From NCBI GenBank assembly GCA_965198065.1, contig CBDAON010000004.1, positions 736,001-800,000 of the forward strand: a DNA stretch of 64,000 bases, written 5' to 3'. This document shows, piece after piece, positions 49,141-59,414 of the stretch (position 1 is its first letter; each line of letters begins with the position of its first letter). The translations under genes were made by a program, and so were the position numbers. The notes under the pieces were generated by a model that worked only from the letters and a program-made list of their open reading frames with translations, was not told where the DNA came from and did not search any database. The DNA is from Longimicrobiales bacterium. GTDB taxonomy: Bacteria; Gemmatimonadota; Gemmatimonadetes; Longimicrobiales; Gaopeijiaceae.

Positions 49141-50421
49141 TCAGGGGACCGGGAGCTTCGAGACCCCCATTCGATCGTGGAGCGCCCGGGGGAGCGTGAC
49201 ACTCCCGTCTTCCTCCTGGTAGGTCTCGAGGAGTGCGACCATAAGCCTGGGCAGCGCGAGCGCCGAGCCATTCAGCGTGTGCACGAGCTCGGGCTTCTCT
49301 CCCGGCGCGGGACGGTACCTCAGGTTCGCTCTCCGCGCCTGATAGTCCGTGAAGGTGGAGCAACTCGATACCTCGAGCCACTGCTCCACACCTGGCGCCC
49401 ACACCTCCAGATCGTAGGTCATCGCAGACGAGAAGCCCAGATCGCCAGCCGCGAGGCGCACCACCCGATAGGCGAGGCCGAGGACCCGGAGAGTGGTCTC
49501 CGCCTGCGAGGTCAGCTCCTCTAGGGCGGCCCGGCTCTGCTCCGGCTTCTCGTAGCGGACCAGCTCCACCTTGTCGAACTGATGGATGCGGAGGAGGCCT
49601 CTAGTGTCCTTTCCGGCCGCCCCAGCCTCCCGACGAAAGCAGGGGGAATACGCGGTGTAGCGCAGGGGGAGCGCGTCCGCGTCGAGGATCTCGCCCCGAT
49701 GGAGGTTCGTGACCGGCACCTCGGCCGTTGGAATGAGCCAGAGGTCGTCCTGGGAGGTCACCCAGGACTCATCCGCCATCTTGGGGAGCTGCCCCGTGCC
49801 CGTGAGCGTCTCCTCCGTCACGAGATACGGGACCCGGAGCTCCTCGTAGCCGTGGTCGCGGGTATGGAGGTCGAGCATCGAGTCGATCAGGATCCGCTGG
49901 AGGCGCGCCCCGGCACCGACGAGCAGCGGGAACCCGGACCCGGAGATCTTGGCCCCGCGAGGGAGATCGAGGAGACCGAGAGACGCCCCCAGCTCCCAGT
50001 GGGGGCGTGCGGGAAAGGCGTGGGTCACCGGCTCCCCGTACGTTCGGACCACCTCGTTCCGCTCGGCGCCGCCTTCCGGCACCTCATCGAGGGGAAGGTT
50101 CGGGACGCGGAGGAGGATCTTCCGGATCCGTTCGTCGGTCTCTGAGGCGACCCGCTGGTGCTCCGCGATCTCGGCGCCGACCCGTTGCATCTCGGCGATG
50201 AGCGCGGATGGATCCTTCCCCTCCTGCCTCAGCGCGCCGACGGTCTTCGACGCCTCGTTCCGCCGGGCACGCAGCGCGTCCCCCCTGGTGATCGCCTCCC
50301 TCCGGCTCTGATCGAGGTCGAGGATCTCTGGGACGACCTCCGGACCTCCGCCGGCCCCGCGCCGCAGGAGTCCCGCTCGCACCGCGTCAGGGTCCTCCCG
50401 GATCGCTCTCAGATCGAGCAT
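49141..50421 (-). CDS. serS: Serine--tRNA ligase
   Basis: MLDLRAIRE, LIPTAEVP, CFRREAG, HQFDKVE, EVSSCS, HTLNGSALA. Confidence 0.97.
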   Translation of the reverse strand: MLDLRAIREDPDAVRAGLLRRGAGGGPEVVPEILDLDQSRREAITRGDALRARRNEASKTVGALRQEGKDPSALIAEMQRVGAEIAEHQRVASETDERIRKILLRVPNLPLDEVPEGGAERNEVVRTYGEPVTHAFPARPHWELGASLGLLDLPRGAKISGSGFPLLVGAGARLQRILIDSMLDLHTRDHGYEELRVPYLVTEETLTGTGQLPKMADESWVTSQDDLWLIPTAEVPVTNLHRGEILDADALPLRYTAYSPCFRREAGAAGKDTRGLLRIHQFDKVELVRYEKPEQSRAALEELTSQAETTLRVLGLAYRVVRLAAGDLGFSSAMTYDLEVWAPGVEQWLEVSSCSTFTDYQARRANLRYRPAPGEKPELVHTLNGSALALPRLMVALLETYQEEDGSVTLPRALHDRMGVSKLPVP

Positions 50422-50424
50422 CGG

Positions 50425-50979
50425 TTACTCGGGGGGAGGGACCAGGCTTCGGTTGTTGCAGTCCGGGCTCGTGTCGTGCAGGAAGCGCAGGACCCCGGCC
50501 TCCTCATTGACTTCTAGCGGCTCCATCTTGCCGTAATGCTGACACACAGAGCCGAACGAGCCTGACTGCTGGCGGGTGCGAACGACGTAGATCGTCCCGA
50601 GCCGGATCGAGAGGGGCTCCACGGTCGAGTAAAGCAGCGTATCCTCCGGTGCCTCCCGCACGTCCTCGAACTCGACCCCCTCGATGGGGGCGATCCCGGC
50701 CCCGGACGTGATCCCGAGCGTGCGCGGAAGCACGAGCACGAGCTCCCCGTCCACGCGGTCGAGCGCGAAATCCCACTGCCGGCTCGTGAGAGGGTTCTCG
50801 ACGACCACGGGCAGGCGACCCGACATGTCGAACGCCGACGGGCGATAGAGCTCGTCCCGGTCGAGCGAGTAGATCGTCGCCTCCTGCGGGTTCTCCTGCC
50901 AGAACACGAGGAACGGGTCTTCCCCGCAGGCTGCGGCCCCCGCGAGGGCCGTGACGGTCAGGACGAAGCGGAGGCTCAC
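50425..50979 (-). CDS. Hypothetical lipoprotein
   Basis: Signal peptide with lipobox AAAC; beta-rich; ends 3 nt before the serS start. Confidence 0.7.
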   Translation of the reverse strand: MSLRFVLTVTALAGAAACGEDPFLVFWQENPQEATIYSLDRDELYRPSAFDMSGRLPVVVENPLTSRQWDFALDRVDGELVLVLPRTLGITSGAGIAPIEGVEFEDVREAPEDTLLYSTVEPLSIRLGTIYVVRTRQQSGSFGSVCQHYGKMEPLEVNEEAGVLRFLHDTSPDCNNRSLVPPPE

Positions 50980-51043
50980 GGTCGGTTCCCCGTCTCCGGA
51001 GGGCGTTGGATTCGGAAGCGGACCCTCCCAGGAGAAGGCGTGA

Positions 51044-51073
51044 ACACTACCCGCCCCGGCGAGGTGGTGTCAA
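51044..51073 (-). promoter_or_regulatory. Putative sigma70 promoter (lipoprotein-serS operon)
   Basis: TTGACA-18 nt-TAGTGT. Confidence 0.55.
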
Positions 51074-51094
51074 CCCCGGAAAGCCGCTCATTTC

Positions 51095-51123
51095 TTGACT
51101 TTACACCGCCCCGGGGGTAAGTT
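51095..51123 (+). promoter_or_regulatory. Putative sigma70 promoter (response regulator operon)
   Basis: TTGACT-17 nt-TAAGTT, back-to-back with the previous promoter. Confidence 0.6.
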
Positions 51124-51203
51124 TCGCCGCGCGTCCGCGTGACTCCGGGGAGCTGTCGTCCGCGTCGGGTGAGCCGCCGCTCCCTCCCGTCCCAGGAAGC
51201 TCC

Positions 51204-51605
51204 ATGTCCGAAGCTCGTACTGGCCGTGCGGGCCCCCACCGCATTCTGCTGGCGGAAGACGAGCCTCACGTTCGCCGAATCCTCTCCACGCTGTTCGAGG
51301 GCCCAAACTTTGAGTTGGAGATCGTCCACGACGGGGCAGCCGCCATCCGGGCCCTCCGGAGCGAGAGCCCGTACCATCTGATCCTGCTCGACATCGTGAT
51401 GCCGGAGGCCTCTGGGCTGGACGTGCTCCGGGAGATCCGTACGTTGCCTCGCAGGGCCGGCACCCCGGTCATCGTCCTCACGGGCAAGGGGCAGGACACC
51501 GACCGGCAGGAAGCTTTCGCGCTTGGCGCCGACGAGTTCCTCACTAAGCCGTTCAGCCCCAAGAAGTTGCTGACTCTCGTGGATGAGCTCCTTGCTCGAC
51601 GTTGA
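51204..51605 (+). CDS. Single-domain response regulator
   Basis: ILLAEDE, LILLDIVMP, PVIVLT, GADEFLTKPFS. Confidence 0.92.
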   Translation: MSEARTGRAGPHRILLAEDEPHVRRILSTLFEGPNFELEIVHDGAAAIRALRSESPYHLILLDIVMPEASGLDVLREIRTLPRRAGTPVIVLTGKGQDTDRQEAFALGADEFLTKPFSPKKLLTLVDELLARR

Positions 51606-52698
51606 GCGCCACGTACGCGTCGTGGTCATGGCCGGCGGGATCGGCTCCCGCTTCTGGCCTGCCAGCACTCCCTCCCGTCCGAAGCCGCTCCTCGCCCTCG
51701 GATCTTCCGACCGGCCCCTGATCGCGGAGACGGTCCGGCGCGGGCTCGCCCTCGTACCCGCCGAGCGGCTCCACGTTCTCGCCGGAGCGTCTCTGGTCGG
51801 CGCCTTCCGCGATGCGGTGCCCGACCTCGGGCCGGCCAGTTTCTGGATCGAGCCCCGCGCCCGAGGCACCGCACCGGTGCTGGCCTGGGCAGCCCACCGG
51901 ATCCACCAGCAGGACCCGGAAGCCGTCATGGTCTCCCTCCACTCAGATCACGTGGTCCGTCCGGAGACCGAGTTCGGCCGGCAGATCCCCGAAGCCGCCG
52001 CCCTCGCGAGCGAGCGGGATTGCCTGTTCACGGTGGCGGTGCCACCGACCCGACCCGAAACCGGCTTCGGGTACATCCGACCGGGCGCGCCAATCCCGGG
52101 ACGTGGTTCTCCCTCTACGGGCACGGGCCTGGAGGCGTTCGAGGTGTCCGCCTTCGTGGAGAAGCCCGACCAGGCAACGGTCGAGCGCTACCTCTCGGAG
52201 GGGTACCTCTGGAACTCCGGGATCTTCCTCTTTCCGGTCGCTCGGTTCCTCGAGGAAGTCCGGTCGCACGCACCGGAGATCGGACTGCACCTCCGACACC
52301 TGGACGATGGCGACGAGGCCGGCTTCTTCGAGTCGGTCCCCACGATTTCCGTGGACGAAGCCGTTCTGGAGCGGACCCCGCGGGTTGCGGCCGTGCGTGC
52401 CGCCTTCGAGTGGGACGATGTGGGGAGCTGGGAGGCGCTCGCGCGGACCCGGCCAGCGGACGAGGCCGATAATCACACGGCGGGCGACGTCGAGGCCGTG
52501 GACTCCGGAGGGTGCGTCGTGTGGGCCGAGGACGGGGCCGTCGTGCTCTTCGGCGTCGAGGACCTGGTCGTCGTGCGGTCGGGAGACGTGACGCTGGTGT
52601 CGGCCCGAGACCGGGCCCCGGATCTGAAGAGCCTCCTCTCGCGGCTCCCCGGACGGCTTCGCGGCGAACGCGCGACGAGGTCAGGGGGGGCGGAGTGA
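51583..52698 (+). CDS. manC: Mannose-1-phosphate guanylyltransferase
   Basis: VVMAGGIGSRFWP.S..RPK, EP..RGTAP, PETGFGYI, FVEKP, WNSGIF, WDDVGSW. Confidence 0.9.
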   Translation: MSSLLDVERHVRVVVMAGGIGSRFWPASTPSRPKPLLALGSSDRPLIAETVRRGLALVPAERLHVLAGASLVGAFRDAVPDLGPASFWIEPRARGTAPVLAWAAHRIHQQDPEAVMVSLHSDHVVRPETEFGRQIPEAAALASERDCLFTVAVPPTRPETGFGYIRPGAPIPGRGSPSTGTGLEAFEVSAFVEKPDQATVERYLSEGYLWNSGIFLFPVARFLEEVRSHAPEIGLHLRHLDDGDEAGFFESVPTISVDEAVLERTPRVAAVRAAFEWDDVGSWEALARTRPADEADNHTAGDVEAVDSGGCVVWAEDGAVVLFGVEDLVVVRSGDVTLVSARDRAPDLKSLLSRLPGRLRGERATRSGGAE

Positions 52699-53972
52699 GG
52701 GGTGAGGGCGTGCAGCTGACCGTCCTCCTCTTCGACGATCCAGTCGCCCGCGGCTGGCACCCGTTCTCCCTCACGCGGCCCGCGGGAGAGCTCCTCTTCG
52801 GCGCCTCCCTGCTCCGGGAGAAGCTGGAGCGCGTGATCGGCGTTCAAATCTCGGCGTACGTCGCGGCTCCTGGACTCGACAGGTTCGAGGAGGAGGGAGC
52901 TCCGGCGGCCCTTCCCGAGGACCGGCTCCCCCCCTCGGCCGCGCGCCTCGTGCTCTCCACCCGTTACCTGGCGCCGGCCCGGGAGGGAAGCCCGCTCCGA
53001 GCCCTTCCCGCCAACCCGCCCCCGGGGGGGCTGCCGCTGGTCGTGGAGGGGGGAGGGGCCGTGGGATGGCTCCTCGGAGGCGCCGACCCCGTGCCAACGC
53101 CCGACCGACTGGCGAACAACGACGATCGCCCGGCCCTCTCCCTTCCGGGCCGGCTGATCGAAACCCCCTGGCAGCTCGTGTCGGAGAACGCCCGGCAGAT
53201 CGCCGACGAACTGGACGACACGCGGGCCTGGCGAGGCGACCCGGGACGCGAGGTGCTGAGGAAGGCCCAGGGCGTCCACCTCCTCGGAGACCGGCCCATC
53301 ACGGTCGAATCGGGAGTGCGGGTGGACCCGCTCGTCGTCCTAGACTCGAGGCCGGGACCGATCCACATCTCGCATGACGTCTGGGTCCAGTCTTTCACGC
53401 ACCTGACCGGTCCGGCGTTCATCGGCCCAGGGAGCGTCCTCATGGGAGGGGCCTTCGAGGCGGTCAGCTGCGGTCCCCACTGCAAGCTCCGCGGGGAGAT
53501 CCGGAACTCCGTCGTGCTGGGCTACTCGAATAAGGCCCACGACGGCTACCTCGGCCACTCCATGCTGGGACAGTGGGTGAACTTGGGGGCGCTTACCACG
53601 AACTCGGACCTCAAGAACAACTACGGCTCCGTCCGGGTGGGGCGCCAGGGGGGCACGACCGACACGGGGCTCGTGAAGCTCGGCGCCCTCCTGGGAGACC
53701 ACGTGAAGACCGGCATCGGAACGCTCCTCGGAGCCGGGACGGTGGTCGGCGCCGGCACCAACCTCTTTGGCGACGGGCTCTCCGCGAAATGGATCCCCCC
53801 CTTTTCGTGGGGGAGCGCGGCAGAGCACGAGCCGTACCGGCTCCGCCCGTTTCTGGAGACCGTCGAGCGAGTCATGGCTCGACGGCAGCTCTCGCTCACC
53901 CAGGGACAGCGCCGCTCTCTGGGGAGCGCGTGGCGCCGGGCCCACCCCGGCCTCTCGGAGAACGGAGGTTGA
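52695..53972 (+). CDS. Putative sugar nucleotidyltransferase/acetyltransferase (alternative GlmU-like, FCB type)
   Basis: PFSLTRP.GEL, hexapeptide region, GYSNKAHDGYLGHS, NLGALTTNSDLKNNY, GDHVKTGI. Start estimated. Confidence 0.82.
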   Translation: MRGEGVQLTVLLFDDPVARGWHPFSLTRPAGELLFGASLLREKLERVIGVQISAYVAAPGLDRFEEEGAPAALPEDRLPPSAARLVLSTRYLAPAREGSPLRALPANPPPGGLPLVVEGGGAVGWLLGGADPVPTPDRLANNDDRPALSLPGRLIETPWQLVSENARQIADELDDTRAWRGDPGREVLRKAQGVHLLGDRPITVESGVRVDPLVVLDSRPGPIHISHDVWVQSFTHLTGPAFIGPGSVLMGGAFEAVSCGPHCKLRGEIRNSVVLGYSNKAHDGYLGHSMLGQWVNLGALTTNSDLKNNYGSVRVGRQGGTTDTGLVKLGALLGDHVKTGIGTLLGAGTVVGAGTNLFGDGLSAKWIPPFSWGSAAEHEPYRLRPFLETVERVMARRQLSLTQGQRRSLGSAWRRAHPGLSENGG

Positions 53973-54012
53973 CGAAGCGGGGCCGCGGCGTGTCGCGCGT
54001 GGAGGCGGGAGC

Positions 54013-54834
54013 GTGAAGATCGCGTCGCTCGGAAGCGGCAGCGGAGGAAACGCGTTCGTGATCGCGAGCCGGCGGACCACGCTCCTCGTTGACGGAGGCT
54101 TCAGCGCCCGACGGCTCGCCGACCGTCTGATCGGGGTCGGCATGGATCCCGGTGCCGTCCAGGCCATCGTGGTCACGCACGAGCACGCCGATCACACCCG
54201 GGGGATCGGCGTCTTCGCCCGCCGGTTCGGTACCCCCCTTCACATGACCGCCGGGACGCGCGATGCATGCGCCCGGCTCTTCCGGGGCGGCGAGGACGTG
54301 CGCCATTACGAGCCCGGACGGAGCTTCACGATCGGAGACCTCCGGGTCGAACCGTTCCTCACGGTCCACGACGCGCTGGACCCGGTGGCTCTGACCGTGA
54401 CCGGACTCGAGTGCGGCACACGCATCGGGATCGCTACGGATCTCGGGCGTCCGACCGCCGGCATCCGGCACTCTCTCGGCGGGTGCGACTTCCTCGTGCT
54501 CGAGGCCAACCACGACGAAGGGCTCCTCCGGAGCGGCAGGTACCCTCCCGGGGTCCAGGCGCGGATCGCGTCTTCGCATGGGCATCTCTCGAACCGGGCC
54601 GCGGCAGCTTTCGCGCGGGAGCTGCTGCACCCCGGGCTCGCGGGCATCCTGCTGGCTCACCTCTCGTCGGAGTGCAACCGGCCGGAGCTGGCGCGCGAGG
54701 TCGTGGGCGGCGCGCTCGAGCGGGCTGGCTGGCACGGGTTCCTCGGGGTCGCGGGGCAGGAAGAACCAACCCCGCTTGTGGACGTCATGGAGCTCCGCCT
54801 GGGTCGAGCCGGCGGGCAGCTCTCGCTACTCTAG
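54013..54834 (+). CDS. MBL-fold metallo-hydrolase (YycJ/WalJ-like)
   Basis: SLGSGSGGN, THEHADH, HDA, TDLG, LEANHD, GHLSN, AHLS. Confidence 0.9.
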   Translation: MKIASLGSGSGGNAFVIASRRTTLLVDGGFSARRLADRLIGVGMDPGAVQAIVVTHEHADHTRGIGVFARRFGTPLHMTAGTRDACARLFRGGEDVRHYEPGRSFTIGDLRVEPFLTVHDALDPVALTVTGLECGTRIGIATDLGRPTAGIRHSLGGCDFLVLEANHDEGLLRSGRYPPGVQARIASSHGHLSNRAAAAFARELLHPGLAGILLAHLSSECNRPELAREVVGGALERAGWHGFLGVAGQEEPTPLVDVMELRLGRAGGQLSLL

Positions 54835-55039
54835 GCCATCGTGAGAAGGGGGCCTGCCTCGGCCCCGGCCACGAACTGACCGACAGAGCCGCGCAGGAGT
54901 GTCTCCGCCTCGGCACGCTCGCCCCTGTCCACTTCCGCCCCGTTCATTCGACGTAGAGGGTGAAGAGGCCACGCGAAGGGAGAACGTGCCCGGGAGGGCT
55001 ACCCCCGGCTGCCGCGACGTCGATTGCGACGTGAGACTG

Positions 55040-56509
55040 CTACCCGAACAACCGGTCGAACACCCGGAGCAGGTCGTTCCCCAGCGCGAGCGCCATGATC
55101 CCGATCAGCACGACGAACCCGACCTGACTCCACCGGAGGCGCTGCTCTACCGAGAGCGGCCGGCCCCGGAGGCCCTCCACTCCGAGGAAGAGGAGGTGGC
55201 CCCCGTCGAGGACCGGGATGGGGAGCAGGTTCAGAACGGCCAGGTTCACCGAGAAGAACGCCATGAAGCGGAGAAACACGGGCAGCCCCTGCGCGGCAGC
55301 CTGACCCGAGGCCTCGCCTATCGCAACGATGCTCCCCAGGCTCCGAGCGGAGACCTGTCCCGTGAAGAGGTCCCGGAGGAAGTCCAGGATCAGACCCGTC
55401 ATCCCGACCGTATCGGCCAGGCCGAGCTGCACGGCCTCAACGGGCGGAACCCGCGAATAGGTGATGCTCGGTAGGGTCGGAAAGACCCCGATCTGCCCGA
55501 TCGTCCGCGTCTCCCCCGTGACCGGGTCGGCCTGAGTCTCCCGAGCCGGCGTCACCCTCCGGATCACGTTTCCGCCGTCCCGGCTCAACGTGAGCTCTAT
55601 GGGAACCTCCGGATGGGCCTGCACGACCTCGACGAATTGCGGCCAGGTCCGGATCGGGACCCCGTCTACGGCCATGATGCGGTCCCCTCGCCTCAGGCCG
55701 GCCCGATCGGCAGGGGTGCCCGGGTTCACTCCGTCGATCACCGGCTCGGACCAGAAGTCCAGGGCCCGGTAGATCCGACTGCGCTCCTCGTCCCCCGAGG
55801 CCGTCACCGTCACCTCTCCCGACGGATCCAAATACGAGAACGTGAGCACTCCGTCGGGCGCCGTGAGGATGGCGTCGCGCACCTCCCCCCAGTGGGAAAC
55901 GAGCCGGTCCGCGACGCGCGTGAGGGTCGCGCCAGCGGGAAGGTCCCCCAGGCCCGAGGCTCCGGATGGGAGCGCTTCGACTCGAACGGCCCCGACGCGG
56001 GTCGTGTCCAGCTCCGGGTTCCCCCACCGAGCCGCAGTCAGCGTGTAGAGGAAGAAGGCGAAGAACATGTTCATGGCGACGCCGGCCGTGATCACCCACG
56101 CCCGTGCCCAGAGCGGCTTGGCGTCGAAATCTCCCTCGCGCCGAACCCTGCCGCCTCGCTCCCTGGTCACCGACTCGGCCGGGGGGGCGGCCGACAGATC
56201 CTCCGGAGCCTCCGCCGCTCTTCCGTCCTCCGACGACGCCGCGGGGACGGACTCCGCGGTCTCTGCCCTCCCGCCTTCCACGGCCTCCATGACCTCGTCG
56301 TCCATCCCTCCCATCTTCACGTACCCACCCAGCGGGATGGCGCTCACGACGTATTCCGTCTCGCCGCGCACAAACCCGAAGATCCGGGGCCCGAGCCCGA
56401 TGGAGAAGCGCTCGACGCGAACCCCGACGGCCCGGGCCGCGAGGAAATGCCCGAGCTCGTGGACGAAGATGAGCACGCCCAGGACGATGAGAAGGGACAG
56501 GATGGTCAT
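55040..56509 (-). CDS. rseP: RIP metalloprotease RseP
   Basis: HELGH, IPLGGYVKM, PDZ domains, NLLPIPVLDGG. Confidence 0.96.
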   Translation of the reverse strand: MTILSLLIVLGVLIFVHELGHFLAARAVGVRVERFSIGLGPRIFGFVRGETEYVVSAIPLGGYVKMGGMDDEVMEAVEGGRAETAESVPAASSEDGRAAEAPEDLSAAPPAESVTRERGGRVRREGDFDAKPLWARAWVITAGVAMNMFFAFFLYTLTAARWGNPELDTTRVGAVRVEALPSGASGLGDLPAGATLTRVADRLVSHWGEVRDAILTAPDGVLTFSYLDPSGEVTVTASGDEERSRIYRALDFWSEPVIDGVNPGTPADRAGLRRGDRIMAVDGVPIRTWPQFVEVVQAHPEVPIELTLSRDGGNVIRRVTPARETQADPVTGETRTIGQIGVFPTLPSITYSRVPPVEAVQLGLADTVGMTGLILDFLRDLFTGQVSARSLGSIVAIGEASGQAAAQGLPVFLRFMAFFSVNLAVLNLLPIPVLDGGHLLFLGVEGLRGRPLSVEQRLRWSQVGFVVLIGIMALALGNDLLRVFDRLFG

Positions 56510-57735
56510 CGGCCGGACCCTCCCCCGGCCACCTCACGGGCAGTTTCGCGCGCTCCCCGATCGGCCTCGAAGACCTCCGATAGGTCGCTCACGGGCCGGG
56601 CCGGAATCCGGTCGATCGTCTCCACAACCACGTCGATCATCCTCGGAAACGAGATCTGGCCCTCCAGGAAAGCCGAGACGGCCACCTCGTTCGCCGCGTT
56701 GAAGGTGATGGGTGCGGTCCCGCCCCCGCGCCCCGCCTCGTATCCCAGCCGGAGGAGGGGGAAGCGCTCGTGGTCGGGCACCTCGAACGTCAGCGGCGGG
56801 AAGCGCACCGGATCGAACGTCCTCAGCTCCGGGTCGTCCGCGCGTTCGGGATGCGTGAGCGCGTACAGGATCGGTAGTTCCATGTTTGGAAACCCCAGCT
56901 GGGCCACTACGGATCCATCCACGAACTCCACGAACGAGTGGACGATCGACTGAGGATGCACCACCACCTCGATCCGCTCGTACGGAATGTCGAAGAGAAA
57001 GTGGGCTTCCATGACCTCGAGCGCCTTGTTCGCCAGGGTGGCCGAGTCCACGCTCACCTTGGCGCCCATGTCCCAGGTCGGGTGCTTGAGTGCGTCCTCG
57101 GGACGCGCGAGCGCCAGGCGGTCGCCGTCCCATCCTCTGAATGGCCCTCCCGAGGCGGTGAGGACGACCTTCGCGATCGACGCGCCCGGACGCCCCTCGA
57201 CGCACTGAAGGATCGCGGAGTGCTCCGAGTCAATCGGGACCAGTCGCCCACCTCCTCGCTCCATGGCTCGCGAGACCAACTCCCCCCCCGCGACGAGGGA
57301 TTCCTTGTTCGCCAGCGCCAGTCGCTTCCCAGCCTCGAGGGCCGCGAGGGAGGGCTCGAGCCCGGCGAACCCCACGAGCCCGTTCACGACCACGTCCACG
57401 TCGGGACGGCGGACGGCGTCGATCAGGGCCTCTCGCCCCCCGACCCAATCCGTCCCGTTCTCGGCGCACGCGGAAAAGGCCCGTTCGTCCGTCACGACCA
57501 CGCAGGCGGCCGCGTGCTCTCTGGCCTCCCGGGTGAGTGCCTCGACGGAGCGGTTTGCCGTCAGCACGGTCACGCGGAAGCGATCCGGGTGGCGCCGGAT
57601 CACCTTGAGCGCGCTCATCCCGATCGACCCGGTGGCCCCGAGGACGGCCACGTGGATGGGCCGGCGCCCCCTGGACGCGCCCTCGAGCGCGGCTCCAGCA
57701 CCCGACCACCTCGTCGATCCGACCCCGGGAGTCAC
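56506..57735 (-). CDS. dxr: 1-deoxy-D-xylulose-5-phosphate reductoisomerase
   Basis: LGATGSIG, LANKESLV, PIDSEH, TASGGPF, HPTWDMG, NAANEVAV. Start estimated. Confidence 0.96.
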   Translation of the reverse strand: MTPGVGSTRWSGAGAALEGASRGRRPIHVAVLGATGSIGMSALKVIRRHPDRFRVTVLTANRSVEALTREAREHAAACVVVTDERAFSACAENGTDWVGGREALIDAVRRPDVDVVVNGLVGFAGLEPSLAALEAGKRLALANKESLVAGGELVSRAMERGGGRLVPIDSEHSAILQCVEGRPGASIAKVVLTASGGPFRGWDGDRLALARPEDALKHPTWDMGAKVSVDSATLANKALEVMEAHFLFDIPYERIEVVVHPQSIVHSFVEFVDGSVVAQLGFPNMELPILYALTHPERADDPELRTFDPVRFPPLTFEVPDHERFPLLRLGYEAGRGGGTAPITFNAANEVAVSAFLEGQISFPRMIDVVVETIDRIPARPVSDLSEVFEADRGARETAREVAGGGSGR

Positions 57736-58598
57736 GGGAGGAACAGGGGAAGCAGGAGGTACGCGAGGGGGACCGTGAACAGCACCGCGTCGAAGCGGTC
57801 CAAGATGCCGCCGTGTCCGGGAATGAGCGTGCCCGAGTCCTTTACGCCGGCCTCTCGCTTGAGGACCGACTCGACCAGATCGCCCAGCTGGGCGACCCCA
57901 CCCAACAGAAGCCCCAACACGGCAGCGCCCAGGACAGGCAGGGGCGGTCCCTCCATGGGATCCGCGAGAACGAACGTGAACAGAGCTGCCGCAGCCGCGG
58001 CCCCGACGAGCCCGCCGATCGCCCCTTCCACGGTCTTCGACGGGCTCACCGACGGAAGGAGTTTTCGACGGCCCCACCGGCGACCCGCGAAGTAGGCTGC
58101 GGCATCGCCGCACCAGGTGCCTGTGAGTACGAATATGAGAAGGAACGCTCCACCCCACCCGGCCACGCCGTCGCTGACTTCCGGGAATGCCCTGAGGTGC
58201 ACGGCGAAGCTCAGGGTCGCTCCCACGTACACGACGCCCAGCACGGTGGCCGCGACCGCGGCGAGCGGCCCCCGCTCCGTTCCTCCCCGGAACACGGCGG
58301 CCACCAGGCAGGCGAGCGCGACCGCGAGGAGCGAGGCCCATCCCCAAGTGCTCCAGGCAGCCACGGACCCGGTCCAGGCCGCCGAGAGGACGAGGAAGGC
58401 CGATGCGAGGATCCCGACCCAGCGGAACGGTCGCGTCCCTCGGGCCTCGGCAAGCCGGTACACCTCGGCCGTCCCTAGCGCAGCGATGAGGGCCATGACC
58501 CCGGCGACCCACCAGTCTCCCAGATAGATCACGGCTATCCCCAACGGGATCCCGAGCGCCGCGACGGCCAGGCGACGACGAAGGTCGCGGGTGATCAC
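57732..58598 (-). CDS. cdsA: Phosphatidate cytidylyltransferase
   Basis: DAAAYFAG, SPSKTVEG, GDLVESVLKREAGVKDSG, PGHGGILDRFD. Start estimated. Confidence 0.95.
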   Translation of the reverse strand: MITRDLRRRLAVAALGIPLGIAVIYLGDWWVAGVMALIAALGTAEVYRLAEARGTRPFRWVGILASAFLVLSAAWTGSVAAWSTWGWASLLAVALACLVAAVFRGGTERGPLAAVAATVLGVVYVGATLSFAVHLRAFPEVSDGVAGWGGAFLLIFVLTGTWCGDAAAYFAGRRWGRRKLLPSVSPSKTVEGAIGGLVGAAAAAALFTFVLADPMEGPPLPVLGAAVLGLLLGGVAQLGDLVESVLKREAGVKDSGTLIPGHGGILDRFDAVLFTVPLAYLLLPLFLP

Positions 58599-58667
58599 GG
58601 GGAAGAGCAGGGTCCGGGTCTCAAGGGAAGCAAGGGATCGCATGACCACGCTCGGCGAGTCGCCCGA

Positions 58668-59414
58668 TCAGGTCGACGAGACCCGCCCGAACCGCCGCTC
58701 GCGCCCCTGGTACTCGCCGACCGCACGGAAGAGGTCCTCTCGAGTGAAGTCGGGCCAGAGCACAGGGGTGATGTGGATCTCCGAGTACGCAAGCTCCCAC
58801 AGCATGAAGTTCGAGATGCGGAACTCCCCCGACGTGCGGATGAGGAGGTCCGGATCCGGGAGATCTCGCGTCGACAGCGCATTCGCAAACCTGGTCGAAT
58901 CGATATCCGCCAGATTCAGCTCGCCTCGTGCGACGCCCCGCGCAAGCGCTCGCGCGGCCTCGACGATGTCGGACCGTCCCGAGTACGAGATCATGAGGTT
59001 CATCCGAAGCCTGGATCCACCGGCCGTCCAGCTCCGAATCAGGTCCACCGACTCTCGCGTTCCCTCGTCGATCCTCGCCAGATCGCCAAGGACGTGGACC
59101 TCCACGCCCTTCTTGCGAAGCTCCTGTCGCTCCTTCTCCGCGTAAGCACGGAGGAGCGACATCAGCGCGTGTACCTCTTCCTCCGGCCTCGCCCAGTTCT
59201 CGGTCGAGAACGCGAAGAGGGTGAGGATCTCGAGTCCCGCCTCGATCGAACCTTCCACGACCTCCCGGACCGCTCTCATTCCTTCGCGGTGGCCGGCGTA
59301 GCGGGGCAGCGCTCGCTCAGCCGCCCACCGGCCGTTCCCGTCCATGATGATGGCAACGTGCCGGGGAACCGGGCCGTCCAGGGCTGGCCTGGAAGTAGAG
59401 TCCTCCCCCATCAC
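58668..59414 (-). CDS. uppS: Undecaprenyl diphosphate synthase
   Basis: HVAIIMDGNGRWA, FSTENW, PDLLIRTSGE.RISNF, RERRFG. Confidence 0.97.
   Translation of the reverse strand: MMGEDSTSRPALDGPVPRHVAIIMDGNGRWAAERALPRYAGHREGMRAVREVVEGSIEAGLEILTLFAFSTENWARPEEEVHALMSLLRAYAEKERQELRKKGVEVHVLGDLARIDEGTRESVDLIRSWTAGGSRLRMNLMISYSGRSDIVEAARALARGVARGELNLADIDSTRFANALSTRDLPDPDLLIRTSGEFRISNFMLWELAYSEIHITPVLWPDFTREDLFRAVGEYQGRERRFGRVSST

Noticed and set aside
54835..55039. 200-bp convergent gap between the MBL hydrolase and rseP as an ncRNA or tRNA
   Set aside because: No cloverleaf, promoter or convincing stable structure recognised by eye.
56150..56290. Low-complexity insertions in RseP (and similarly near the GatA N-terminus)
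   Set aside because: In-frame Ala/Pro/Gly/Glu-rich loop expansions typical of high-GC genomes; no intein or repeat signature.
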